From Cyanobium sp. (GTDB taxonomy: Bacteria > Cyanobacteriota > Cyanobacteriia > PCC-6307 > Cyanobiaceae), in NCBI GenBank assembly GCA_040399515.1, contig JBBASA010000002.1, positions 23,948 to 87,947 of the forward strand: a DNA stretch of 64,000 nucleotides. Reading direction: 5' to 3'. The notes beneath the pieces were generated by a model, which worked only from the letters and a program-made list of their open reading frames with translations, was not told where the DNA came from and did not search any database. This document shows positions 8,522-16,975 of the stretch, piece by piece. A program made the translations under genes and the position numbers. Positions within the stretch are counted from its first letter, which is position 1, and every line of letters begins with the position of its first letter.

Positions 8522-11047
8522 CTAGGATTGGTTCGTTTTGTCAGGATTTACCTTATCAGCTACTGTACTAGAGCTATCCATATCTGCTGATTCTTCTTGG
8601 AGATATCTATTTCCAAAATATGAATCCTTTGCTTTCTTGAAGTATCCATTTAAGCCTTGGTTCTTATAGCTATCGGAATAGGAGTAACCATAGTGGTAGT
8701 AATAGCCATATTCATATCCGTAATCATTTAGATTTGTGGGGAACGAAACCTGATTGCAGATCATTCCTAACACATCTACACCAGTAGCTTTGATTCGACG
8801 AACAGCTTGGGGCGCAATTCGTCGTGAAACCTTACCAAGGCCTACTAAGAAGAGAATTCCATCTAACTTTTCCCCCAAAAGAATCGGATCAGCAAGCATC
8901 AAACATGGAGGTGTATCAAAGAGAACAATGTCATAATCCGTTGAATTTCTGATCGATTCAATAACATCTTGACAACGTGAAGAGTTTAGAAGTTTTGCTG
9001 GGTCAGGTGGTTTAGGACCTGAGGAGATAAAGTCGAAGTTTTCTTGCACTCTTACGATCAGCGATTGTAAATCAGATCGAGAATCTGTTAGGAGTGTGGA
9101 GAAACCATCTTCCCCAGATGCAATGCCAAGATATTTTGCCTGAGTTGGCAATCTCATATCCGCGTCAACAACAAGAACTTTTAGGCCTAGGTCAGCAAGA
9201 GTACGTGCAAAGATTGATATTGATGTGGATTTTCCTTCACCTTGAGTAGATGAAGTTACACCTACTAATTTAATATCTCTGTCTGCACGTAAAAGTCTAA
9301 ATGTAGTAAAAAGGCTTCGGAGGGATTCTTTAATCGCAAATCTCTCGCTTGCAGTCATTTTGGAAATACTTTTGCTAATATTCAGGCCTGGCTCCAGCGG
9401 CAAATATGGAATAAGACCAAGAACTGGGAGTTGGAGTTCTTTCTCAGCATCAGAGGGTGTATGAAAAACATTATCTGTTCTGTCTCTTATATATGCGGCA
9501 GCAGCTCCTCCGAGTAAACCAAACAAAAGTGCTCTGATAAGATTATCCTTAACATTCGGAGAAACTGGGTCAGGTGAAAAATATGGTGGAGATATAACTT
9601 GCCATGGAGTTACGAACCTTGCCTTCTCTAACTTAAAATTCTCCATAGCTGAGACATAAGAAGCATAATTTGCCCTTGCAGATTCCAATCTTTGTGAAAT
9701 GTCTGTAAATTCTTTTAACTTGTCTGGACTATTTCTGAAATTTTGATTGAGTAAGAGTATTTGTCTGTTCAACTCATCCTGCTGTTTAACATTCTGAAAC
9801 AATTTCTCTCGGAGAACGTCCAGTTGCTGGTTTTTTACAACTGGAGCTAACGCATCTCTTTTAGCAAGGATCGACTTAACAATAGGTGAGTCGTCACGAT
9901 AAATAGCTCTTGCTCTCGCCAGCTCGATTTCGAATTTCTGGTATTCGCTTGATGGACTCGAGGTGCCAACGGTTTCCTCTAAGACACGATCGGCGGAATC
10001 ACCGGCAGCTGGAATAAGAGTTCCTTGGCGACCAAGTTGTTGGATAGGCGTAGGTGCACCAGAAGGAGTGTATGAAAATTTGCCAGACTGCACGGTTTTC
10101 ATTTGGTTTTCAATTCTCGACTGATCGACCTGTAACGCTCCAACCTGCGCAACAAGAGAATCTCTCTGCGCAATAATTGCTGCAGCATTTTCAGTCGGAT
10201 CAACAACTAGATTTTTTTCACGGAAAGCCCGAAGCTTGTTCTCATATCTGTTGACATTCGAGAGGATTGTGGGGGCTTGGGAATCCAGCCACTTCATGCC
10301 TGCATCGATACTTTGCTGGCGTTGTACCAATGAAAACTGGACATAATCTTTGGCCAGATTTTCAAGAATTAAACGACCCTGCTCTGGATTTCTCCAGTTG
10401 AGGGTGACGTTCATAACTGCTGTAGTCCCTTCTGCCTGATCAATTCGTAACTTTTGAATGATATCCCTTTTGTTCAAACCTAATCTGTCAGCCGTAGGAC
10501 CAACTACAAGTGGGCTTGTCAGCAATGAGCGCAAGGCAGGTATATTACTTTTAACCTGTGCTCTAGCTAGGGCTTCTATTTTGCCTTCACCACCGATAAC
10601 TTGGTTTTGCTCTGCTGGTACAGCTGACTCAATTTGAAGCTTAAAATCGCCGGCAAAATCAGGATTGAACTTACGCTCACGAAATGTGTTAAGCGCCCAC
10701 AAGCTTGATATTAGCGCAGTAGTAAAAAGAAAGATTCCTTGACGTCTCTTGAGTGTTCGAACGAGGCTTCCAAAGCCTCCATCACCGGAATCACCAGAAC
10801 CTAAAGGCGAAAAATTGGGATCGCCCTGACTGCCGGAGTTTTGCGCCAAGCCAGGAGGAAGAGGAGGAAGGACTGGACCACTCCCGGTGGGCTGGACAGA
10901 AGATCCCGATGTCGTCACAGAGACAGTGCACTTGACTGGTAATAATAGATGAGCCGGGGAATCAGTCAAGTCAAACCGATCAGTTTGGAATCCATCACCC
11001 AAACAGTGCTGAGCATCGAGTTGTGCGTTTAAGGTAGATAACCTCAT
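8522..11047 (-). CDS. wzc: polysaccharide co-polymerase with C-terminal tyrosine autokinase (Wzc/GumC type)
   Basis: 841 aa. Walker A TSSTQGEGKST, Walker A' VLVVDADMRLP, Walker B YDIVLFDTPP. C-terminal Tyr cluster YGYEYGYYYHYGYSYSDSY. A long coiled periplasmic region lies between two transmembrane segments. Confidence 0.85.
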   Translation of the reverse strand: MRLSTLNAQLDAQHCLGDGFQTDRFDLTDSPAHLLLPVKCTVSVTTSGSSVQPTGSGPVLPPLPPGLAQNSGSQGDPNFSPLGSGDSGDGGFGSLVRTLKRRQGIFLFTTALISSLWALNTFRERKFNPDFAGDFKLQIESAVPAEQNQVIGGEGKIEALARAQVKSNIPALRSLLTSPLVVGPTADRLGLNKRDIIQKLRIDQAEGTTAVMNVTLNWRNPEQGRLILENLAKDYVQFSLVQRQQSIDAGMKWLDSQAPTILSNVNRYENKLRAFREKNLVVDPTENAAAIIAQRDSLVAQVGALQVDQSRIENQMKTVQSGKFSYTPSGAPTPIQQLGRQGTLIPAAGDSADRVLEETVGTSSPSSEYQKFEIELARARAIYRDDSPIVKSILAKRDALAPVVKNQQLDVLREKLFQNVKQQDELNRQILLLNQNFRNSPDKLKEFTDISQRLESARANYASYVSAMENFKLEKARFVTPWQVISPPYFSPDPVSPNVKDNLIRALLFGLLGGAAAAYIRDRTDNVFHTPSDAEKELQLPVLGLIPYLPLEPGLNISKSISKMTASERFAIKESLRSLFTTFRLLRADRDIKLVGVTSSTQGEGKSTSISIFARTLADLGLKVLVVDADMRLPTQAKYLGIASGEDGFSTLLTDSRSDLQSLIVRVQENFDFISSGPKPPDPAKLLNSSRCQDVIESIRNSTDYDIVLFDTPPCLMLADPILLGEKLDGILFLVGLGKVSRRIAPQAVRRIKATGVDVLGMICNQVSFPTNLNDYGYEYGYYYHYGYSYSDSYKNQGLNGYFKKAKDSYFGNRYLQEESADMDSSSTVADKVNPDKTNQS

Positions 11048-11064
11048 GCACGGGTCCCAAGCTG

Positions 11065-12177
11065 ATGAGATTGGTCTGGAGCCAGGGCTTTAAGCTCAGT
11101 TTTAATTCATTTGCCGTAGGTTCTTGCGCGATTGCCTGTATTGCGTCTGGTTTGCCGCTTTCTTCGCGACCTCTGACCAATGATGTCGTGGCAAACTTAT
11201 CGATGGGCTCGACCAATTCTGAACCTGTTCCCTCGATCACAGAAACATATTCCGATCTCTACACCCTAGGTCCAGGAGATACGTTAACGCTAACGTTTTT
11301 AGATCCAGAATTAAAGAGTGTGGGTGGTGGTATAACTGTTCTTCCAGATGGAACTGCTGTTCTTCCGTTGGTAGGTTCTGCTCAACTATCTGGGTTAACC
11401 ATAGGTCAAGCCACCCGTTGGTTAACATCTCTCTACCAAAAGCAAGTTGTTCGGCCAGAACTTCTTCTTAGTTTACGAACTGCACGCCCAACAAAAGTAA
11501 CTGTCATCGGTGAGGTTCTCAAACCTGGTCTTTTGGAATTGGGCGGCATACCCCGTGTTGTCAGTGCCATTCAGAAAGCAGGTGGTATTTCCCCCAATGC
11601 AGATATACGCAGAGTTTTGCTTCGTCGTGTAGTTGGTCAAAGCGGAGCTCAAAAGCAAACCTTTATTGATTTATCACAAGTTTTTTTGTTGGGGAACCAA
11701 TTTCAAAATCCAGTTTTATTTGATGGAGATACTTTAATTATTGGCAGAGCTTCTGAACCAATTCCTGACGAAGTGATTCGAATCGGACGTACAAACTTAG
11801 CCCCTACTTCTATAAATATTACTATACTTGGCGAAGTCAAATCAGCTGGAACTGTCTCCTTGCCCGCAAACACACCTCTGATTGAAGCAATTTTTAGGGC
11901 TGGTGGTCTTAAAAAATGGCGAGCCAATAAAAACCATATTGAGTTAATTCGTTTTAATGATAACGGTACAACTACACGTCAGGTTTTTGCTTACAAGGAT
12001 GATCTCAACGTTTCTAATGGCTTTAATCCTCCACTAAGAGATCGTGACACTATCATTGTCAACCGTACTTTCTATGGAGAGGCTCTTGATGCACTTAATG
12101 ATATTGCAGTCCCGATCGGGATTATCAACAATCTTGGCGGATTTGGTGGAGGTTGGGGCAACTGGAACAATCGCTAA
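11065..12177 (+). CDS. wza: outer-membrane polysaccharide export protein (Wza/OPX family; Poly_export plus SLBB-like repeats)
   Basis: 370 aa with signal/lipobox-like FAVGSCAIACIASG. YTLGPGDTLTLTF is the Poly_export signature. Repeated GEVxxPG...AGG units are present (VIGEVLKPGL...AIQKAGG; ILGEVKSAGT...AIFRAGG). Confidence 0.8.
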   Translation: MRLVWSQGFKLSFNSFAVGSCAIACIASGLPLSSRPLTNDVVANLSMGSTNSEPVPSITETYSDLYTLGPGDTLTLTFLDPELKSVGGGITVLPDGTAVLPLVGSAQLSGLTIGQATRWLTSLYQKQVVRPELLLSLRTARPTKVTVIGEVLKPGLLELGGIPRVVSAIQKAGGISPNADIRRVLLRRVVGQSGAQKQTFIDLSQVFLLGNQFQNPVLFDGDTLIIGRASEPIPDEVIRIGRTNLAPTSINITILGEVKSAGTVSLPANTPLIEAIFRAGGLKKWRANKNHIELIRFNDNGTTTRQVFAYKDDLNVSNGFNPPLRDRDTIIVNRTFYGEALDALNDIAVPIGIINNLGGFGGGWGNWNNR

Positions 12178-12201
12178 TCTTTTCCATCATCTTCTAAAAC
12201 C

Positions 12202-13422
12202 ATGACTCACAAAGTTCCTAATCCAAATCAAAAGGTCAACAAGAAAGCCATCGCTTGGGCTCTTTTTAGCCAATCCATATGGTTACCAGTTTTATTTACG
12301 GATACACAAGATCAGATTGCAAGTAATAGTAGCGATTATGATTTTTCAGGCGTCGCTGCTAACATTCCTCATCAGAACTTACCAAAACAAATTTCCCTTG
12401 CCAAATCTTTAGATCACTCCACTGTTGGCTTACTTGCACAATCATCAAAGATTGTTGAAACCAATGGTGTGATTTTGAATGCAGCTCTACCCAAGGAAAG
12501 AAGCATTCATAGCAAGCTCGAAAGCATCAATTCGCCTGTATCTATTTCCTCACCAGTTGCTTTCAGTACATCTCTACTTCCACCATCAAGTCCTGTTGCC
12601 CTCAGTCTCAATTCCAGAAATTTTGAGCCTAAATCCCTAGCTCCTGCTGAACGTGCGAATGAATTGCCACCTTCTGATTTGCTACGTAGGTTGTATTCAC
12701 GCTCCGATCTACTTGGTGGAAACCTTACTTTAGGAGACCTGAATGAGCCTCTAATGCCTCCCTTAGCTCGTGCTGAAAGGGCTCAATCGACCCGAACAGG
12801 TGATCCTCTTTCAACTATTCCACAAATGTGGAGAGAGCCCATGAGAAAAGCATTAAGGTCATTATCTGATAATTTAAAGCCTCTATCGGGCCCTGTTTCA
12901 AGTAGATCCACAGGTGTAATTACTGTTGAGCAGGCTCGTGTGATTCACGTTCCCTCATCAAGGGTGAAGCGTTTCTCAGAAGTTCCCCTAGCTCTTCAAT
13001 CTGATGGCACAGTCGATATTCTGAATAGTCCAGATGACCCTGAAGTTGTAGAGGAGATCAAAACTTGGTCCTCTAAGCAACAATTACCAGCAAAAGGGCG
13101 AATGGCTCCAGCAGTGGTTCACCTTCATCCTTTACCTAAGCAAGAACAGGTTCCTGCCTCGGAGAAGGTGACAAAATCAGATTTAAAATTGCCTCAAGAG
13201 ATTCAAACAACAATTCAGCCAGTACAGAAGCTCGCTCCAGAGCTGCAAGAAGCCTCCGTGCGAGATGCTCTTCCACCAACACCTTCGGCACCCACACCCC
13301 CAACTCCACCACCCATCACTGAGTCGCAAACAAGCGAACTGCTACCCCCTGAATCGCAAACAAGAATCGCAGAAGTTCACTCTGACTTATCCACTGCTGA
13401 GAGTAAGGGAGAGATTCAATGA
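12202..13422 (+). CDS. hypothetical membrane-anchored Ser/Pro-rich protein
   Basis: 406-aa ORF with one N-terminal hydrophobic segment, AIAWALFSQSIWLPVLF, and a Pro-rich tail, PPTPSAPTPPTPPPI. It sits between wza and the beta-barrel gene and shares an ATGA overlap with the latter. Confidence 0.5.
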   Translation: MTHKVPNPNQKVNKKAIAWALFSQSIWLPVLFTDTQDQIASNSSDYDFSGVAANIPHQNLPKQISLAKSLDHSTVGLLAQSSKIVETNGVILNAALPKERSIHSKLESINSPVSISSPVAFSTSLLPPSSPVALSLNSRNFEPKSLAPAERANELPPSDLLRRLYSRSDLLGGNLTLGDLNEPLMPPLARAERAQSTRTGDPLSTIPQMWREPMRKALRSLSDNLKPLSGPVSSRSTGVITVEQARVIHVPSSRVKRFSEVPLALQSDGTVDILNSPDDPEVVEEIKTWSSKQQLPAKGRMAPAVVHLHPLPKQEQVPASEKVTKSDLKLPQEIQTTIQPVQKLAPELQEASVRDALPPTPSAPTPPTPPPITESQTSELLPPESQTRIAEVHSDLSTAESKGEIQ

Positions 13423-14120
13423 AGTTTCGCACTTTTTGTGGATCATCTTTAGTCTTCGCGTTGTTTTGCGCTATCGCACCTACTGCCTACTCCCAAGTCC
13501 AGGTTTTACCAAGCAAGCCTGTGTGGCAGCAAGCCCCTGCGGAATCATTGAATCAATCGATTCAATGGACTGCCGTAGAGAATTTTGGGGACGTACCAAC
13601 CCAATTTATGCCTGTTCCAGCAAAAACAGATCCTAGAGAGTTGGCGGCAAAACCAAGAGTAGAGGGACCCTATAAATCAAGAGGCATCTACGGTTTCGGA
13701 GGTGGAGTTAGACCTGGTACCTACACGGGTGATCCAACAAACGCCCTGTTTACAGCTAGAGTTGCTTACAAACTTGACCAAGATTTTTCAATCTCTCTTC
13801 GCCCGAGCATCCTAATTGGAAACGATGACAACAATAATGACAATAACAACAATAATGATAACAATAATGACAGCGGTTGGGAGGCCAGGATTCCATTAAC
13901 GATCGACCTTTTCAACCGCAGTTTTATCACACCCTTCTTTGGCGGCGGAATTGCAACGAATGTCGACGGCTTAGGCTACACCGATGGCATGCTAACAGCT
14001 GGCGTAGATCTTAACATTACAAAATGGCTTACAGTCGGATCTCACGTTAATTATATATATCAAACCAATATAGACGATACGGACTGGGAGGTTCTCAGCA
14101 TGATTTACCTCAGATTTTAA
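13419..14120 (+). CDS. small outer-membrane beta-barrel-like protein with an Asn/Asp low-complexity loop
   Basis: 233 aa. Signal peptide SSLVFALFCAIAPTAYS-Q, alternating aromatic/polar strands, and a C-terminal ...IYLRF ending in Phe, typical of BAM substrates. Confidence 0.55.
   Translation: MKFRTFCGSSLVFALFCAIAPTAYSQVQVLPSKPVWQQAPAESLNQSIQWTAVENFGDVPTQFMPVPAKTDPRELAAKPRVEGPYKSRGIYGFGGGVRPGTYTGDPTNALFTARVAYKLDQDFSISLRPSILIGNDDNNNDNNNNNDNNNDSGWEARIPLTIDLFNRSFITPFFGGGIATNVDGLGYTDGMLTAGVDLNITKWLTVGSHVNYIYQTNIDDTDWEVLSMIYLRF
13821..13871 (+). repeat. AAY/GAY codon repeat encoding NDDNNNDNNNNNDNNND
   Basis: Read directly: aac gat gac aac aat aat gac aat aac aac aat aat gat aac aat aat gac. Confidence 0.9.
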
Positions 14121-14126
14121 GGTAGT

Positions 14127-14648
14127 TCACAGAACCCGATAGGCTACTTGATTCACCGTTTCTTTAATTTCGCATTTCTGCTCATCGTCATATCCCCATC
14201 TTTCGAGAAAGTTTTTATCTTCGCCTCTTTCGTTCAGTCCTTCAACAAGGGTTTCAAGTCTACTTTTGACCTGAAGCGGTTCAAGCAGCCTTAAAAGATC
14301 AAGACATCTTGAGCGAACCCGCAAGGATCCATCCAACAGCGCTTGGTCTTGATTGCGTTTGTGATGAACCCCCATAGCAGTACTCATCGCAAGATTACGG
14401 ACGGTTAGATCAACAACCTCTTCACCAGCCAATCGCAACTGGCAGATGAGGGGCTCAGGCAGACGATCCATCAGGGGGGAGTCGCTGGTGAGGGAGGCCA
14501 CAAAGAATCCTCTTGCCCCGTCTCTCTGACGTACCAGCTCCCCGACGGTATCCGCCAGGACATCGTCGCTCAGCTCTTCCTGATCCCAGCGACGAATCCA
14601 CTCCGTGCTCTGGGCGATGGCTTCTTGAAAAGACAGTGGCTTGGACAT
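14127..14648 (-). CDS. conserved hypothetical protein, compositionally mosaic
   Basis: The ORF is 14127..14669; the internal ATG at 14648 (MSKPLSF...) leaves room for the divergent era promoter. The 5' half is about 60% GC and the 3' half about 35-47% GC. Confidence 0.55.
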   Translation of the reverse strand: MSKPLSFQEAIAQSTEWIRRWDQEELSDDVLADTVGELVRQRDGARGFFVASLTSDSPLMDRLPEPLICQLRLAGEEVVDLTVRNLAMSTAMGVHHKRNQDQALLDGSLRVRSRCLDLLRLLEPLQVKSRLETLVEGLNERGEDKNFLERWGYDDEQKCEIKETVNQVAYRVL

Positions 14649-14711
14649 GAAACGTTTGGGACCAAGCACCCATTTTGGTCAAGGGAGGACATTGACTGCC
14701 AGATTTGGTGG

Positions 14712-15668
14712 ATGGATCTCCCCCCTTCAAGCCCGAATTTTCGTTCTGGATTCATCGCGTTGGTCGGAAGGCCCAACGTTGGCAAGTCGACCCTGCTCAA
14801 TCGCCTGGTGGGGCAGAAGGTCGCCATCACCTCACCCATCGCGCAGACAACCCGCCGCCGTTTGCGGGGGATCCTGACGCTTCCTGAGGCCCAGTTGATT
14901 TTTGTGGATACCCCTGGGATCCACAAACCCCACCACCTGTTGGGGGAGCGACTGGTCAAGAGTGCCCGCGAGGCCATCGGAGAAGTGGATCTGGTTCTCC
15001 TTCTCATGAACGGTGCCATGGAGGCTGGACGTGGCGATGCCTACATCGTGAATCTCCTCAGGAACAGCCGATCCCCTGTTCATGTCGCCCTGAACCACTG
15101 GGATCTGGTGGAAGCATCCCAGGGTCAAACGCAAATCGATTCCTACCGGCAACTGCTTTCTGGATCTGACGAAACGGGTGGTGTGAACTGGCCCATGCAT
15201 CCCGTGAGTGCCTTGACCGGTCTGGGGACGGACGACCTCTTGCAGGCGCTGATCGCCGACCTGCCAACGGGACCTTGCCTCTATCCCCCTGAAACCATCT
15301 GCGACCAAACGGAAGAGGCTCTACTTGGGGAGCTGATCCGCGAACAGGTCTTGCATCAGACAAGGGAGGAGGTGCCTCACTCCGTTGCCGTGCAGATCGA
15401 GAGGGTCGTGGAAGACCCCCGTCCTGGGGCCAAAAATGGCCCAAGGCTGGCCGTGCTGGCCACGGTTCTTGTGGAACGCCAAAGCCAGAAGGGGATCCTG
15501 ATCGGACGCGGAGGCCAGATGCTGCGATCCATCGGCTCCGGGGCCAGGCAGCAGATGGAGTCGCTGCTCCAGTGCCCCGTCTATCTAGAGCTCTTCGTCA
15601 AAGTGGTTCCCAACTGGCGACGCAGCTCCGCCAAGCTCAGCGAACTTGGCTATGGGGGCGAGGGCTGA
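14712..15668 (+). CDS. era: GTPase Era
   Basis: GFIALVGRPNVGKSTLLN (G1), DTPGIH (G3) and a C-terminal KH-like region. I chose the ATG at 14712 (MDLPPSS...) over the upstream extension of ORF 14625. Confidence 0.9.
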   Translation: MDLPPSSPNFRSGFIALVGRPNVGKSTLLNRLVGQKVAITSPIAQTTRRRLRGILTLPEAQLIFVDTPGIHKPHHLLGERLVKSAREAIGEVDLVLLLMNGAMEAGRGDAYIVNLLRNSRSPVHVALNHWDLVEASQGQTQIDSYRQLLSGSDETGGVNWPMHPVSALTGLGTDDLLQALIADLPTGPCLYPPETICDQTEEALLGELIREQVLHQTREEVPHSVAVQIERVVEDPRPGAKNGPRLAVLATVLVERQSQKGILIGRGGQMLRSIGSGARQQMESLLQCPVYLELFVKVVPNWRRSSAKLSELGYGGEG

Positions 15669-15715
15669 GGGTGGCGCCAAACCCTTAAGTTCAAGGAACC
15701 GAGAGCAAAAGCGTC

Positions 15716-16237
15716 TTGACAGACTTCCCCCCGGAGGACATCTGCGGCTTTCTTCAGCTCAATGCCGGGGATTGGCTCGCCCTCCGCAGTCTTCTCAAAC
15801 CTGAGGGTGATGTCTCCACGACGGGGGAAGGTCAACACAGTGGGGAGGGGAGCGAACCTTCCCAGCCATGGCATGCATCAGAGCGGGCGGAAATCCGCAT
15901 GGCGTTGCTGGTGCCCACCTCAGAATCCGACTGGGGGGGGCTGGAGATCTTTGCCGCGAATCAGGCGAACGTGAGGTTGATCTTCCACAAAACAGGAACC
16001 GTGGCCATCAATGCTCTCCTTGGGCACTGGCAACTAGGTGATGACGGCAGCTTGGAGTTAACGGTGGAAGAGGACAACCGACGCCTGAACGAACGGATCT
16101 GGTTTCGCAAACCCAACTTGCGACTGCGCAGCACCCTGGAGCAATTTGCGGATGGTCGACCAGGTCGGGCCAGCTTCAGCTCCGAAATTAGGCGGGTGCG
16201 ACGGCCTGAGGAGAAACCGATGACTTCACCACCCTGA
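15716..16237 (+). CDS. CpcS/CpeS-family phycobilin lyase-like protein
   Basis: N-terminal FLQLNAGDWLALRS and C-terminal GHWQLGDDGSLELT...ERIWFRKPNLRLRS...SFSSEIRRV follow the CpcS skeleton as I recall it. Confidence 0.65.
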   Translation: MTDFPPEDICGFLQLNAGDWLALRSLLKPEGDVSTTGEGQHSGEGSEPSQPWHASERAEIRMALLVPTSESDWGGLEIFAANQANVRLIFHKTGTVAINALLGHWQLGDDGSLELTVEEDNRRLNERIWFRKPNLRLRSTLEQFADGRPGRASFSSEIRRVRRPEEKPMTSPP

Positions 16238-16244
16238 TCCCCCC

Positions 16245-16949
16245 ATGCGCATTGATGTGATCACCCTGGTGCCCGAAGCTTTTGCTCCCATGCTTCAGCT
16301 CGGGGTTATTGGACGGGCCTTGGGTCGGGGAATCGCAGAGCTCCATCTCCACAATCCCCGGGACTACACCCACGATCGCTACCGGAAAGTGGACGATCAA
16401 CCCTACGGCGGTGGGGCGGGCATGGTGTTGAAGCCAGAGCCCGTCTTTGCGGCCTTTGAAGCGATCCCAAGGGATGGGAAGCGGGCCACACTCCTAATGA
16501 CACCGCAGGGGCGGCCCCTGCACCAGTCCGACCTGGAGCGCTGGTCCAAGCAGAAGGATCAGCTGGTGATCCTCTGCGGACACTACGAAGGGTTTGACGA
16601 ACGCATCCGTGGCATAACGGATGAAGAGATCTCCATCGGAGATTTTGTTCTCACTGGTGGCGAACTCCCCGCCATGACCGTGATCAATGGCGTGGTTCGG
16701 CTCTTGCCCGGCACCGTTGGAACAGCCGCGTCCCTGGAGGAGGAAAGCCATCGCGGGCTGCTGCTGGAGCACCCCCACTACACCCGCCCGGCCCTCTTCC
16801 GGGGCATGGAGGTGCCGGCGGTGCTCCGCAGCGGGGACCACAAAGCCATTGCCCTCTGGCGGGAGGGTGAACGACAGCGGCGCACCCAGGAACGCCGCCC
16901 CGATCTCTACGCCCGCTGGCAAGCTCAGGGGGGCGAGGTTGACCCTTGA
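16245..16949 (+). CDS. trmD: tRNA (guanine37-N1)-methyltransferase
   Basis: MRIDVITLVPEAF, YGGGAGMVLKPEPV, VLTGGELPAM. Confidence 0.92.
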   Translation: MRIDVITLVPEAFAPMLQLGVIGRALGRGIAELHLHNPRDYTHDRYRKVDDQPYGGGAGMVLKPEPVFAAFEAIPRDGKRATLLMTPQGRPLHQSDLERWSKQKDQLVILCGHYEGFDERIRGITDEEISIGDFVLTGGELPAMTVINGVVRLLPGTVGTAASLEEESHRGLLLEHPHYTRPALFRGMEVPAVLRSGDHKAIALWREGERQRRTQERRPDLYARWQAQGGEVDP

Positions 16950-16975
16950 CCGCCATCTGAAAACCTCCAACTCCC

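Larger units (their letters stand above)
1..14450. other. low-GC genomic island carrying a polysaccharide biosynthesis/export plus exosortase locus; left end lies outside the window
   Basis: Hand-counted 60-nt lines give 38% GC at nt 1-60 and 35-47% at 14101-14400. Lines at 14461-14580 give about 62%, and later lines give about 60-65%. All ORFs in this stretch are cell-surface polysaccharide functions. Confidence 0.8.
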
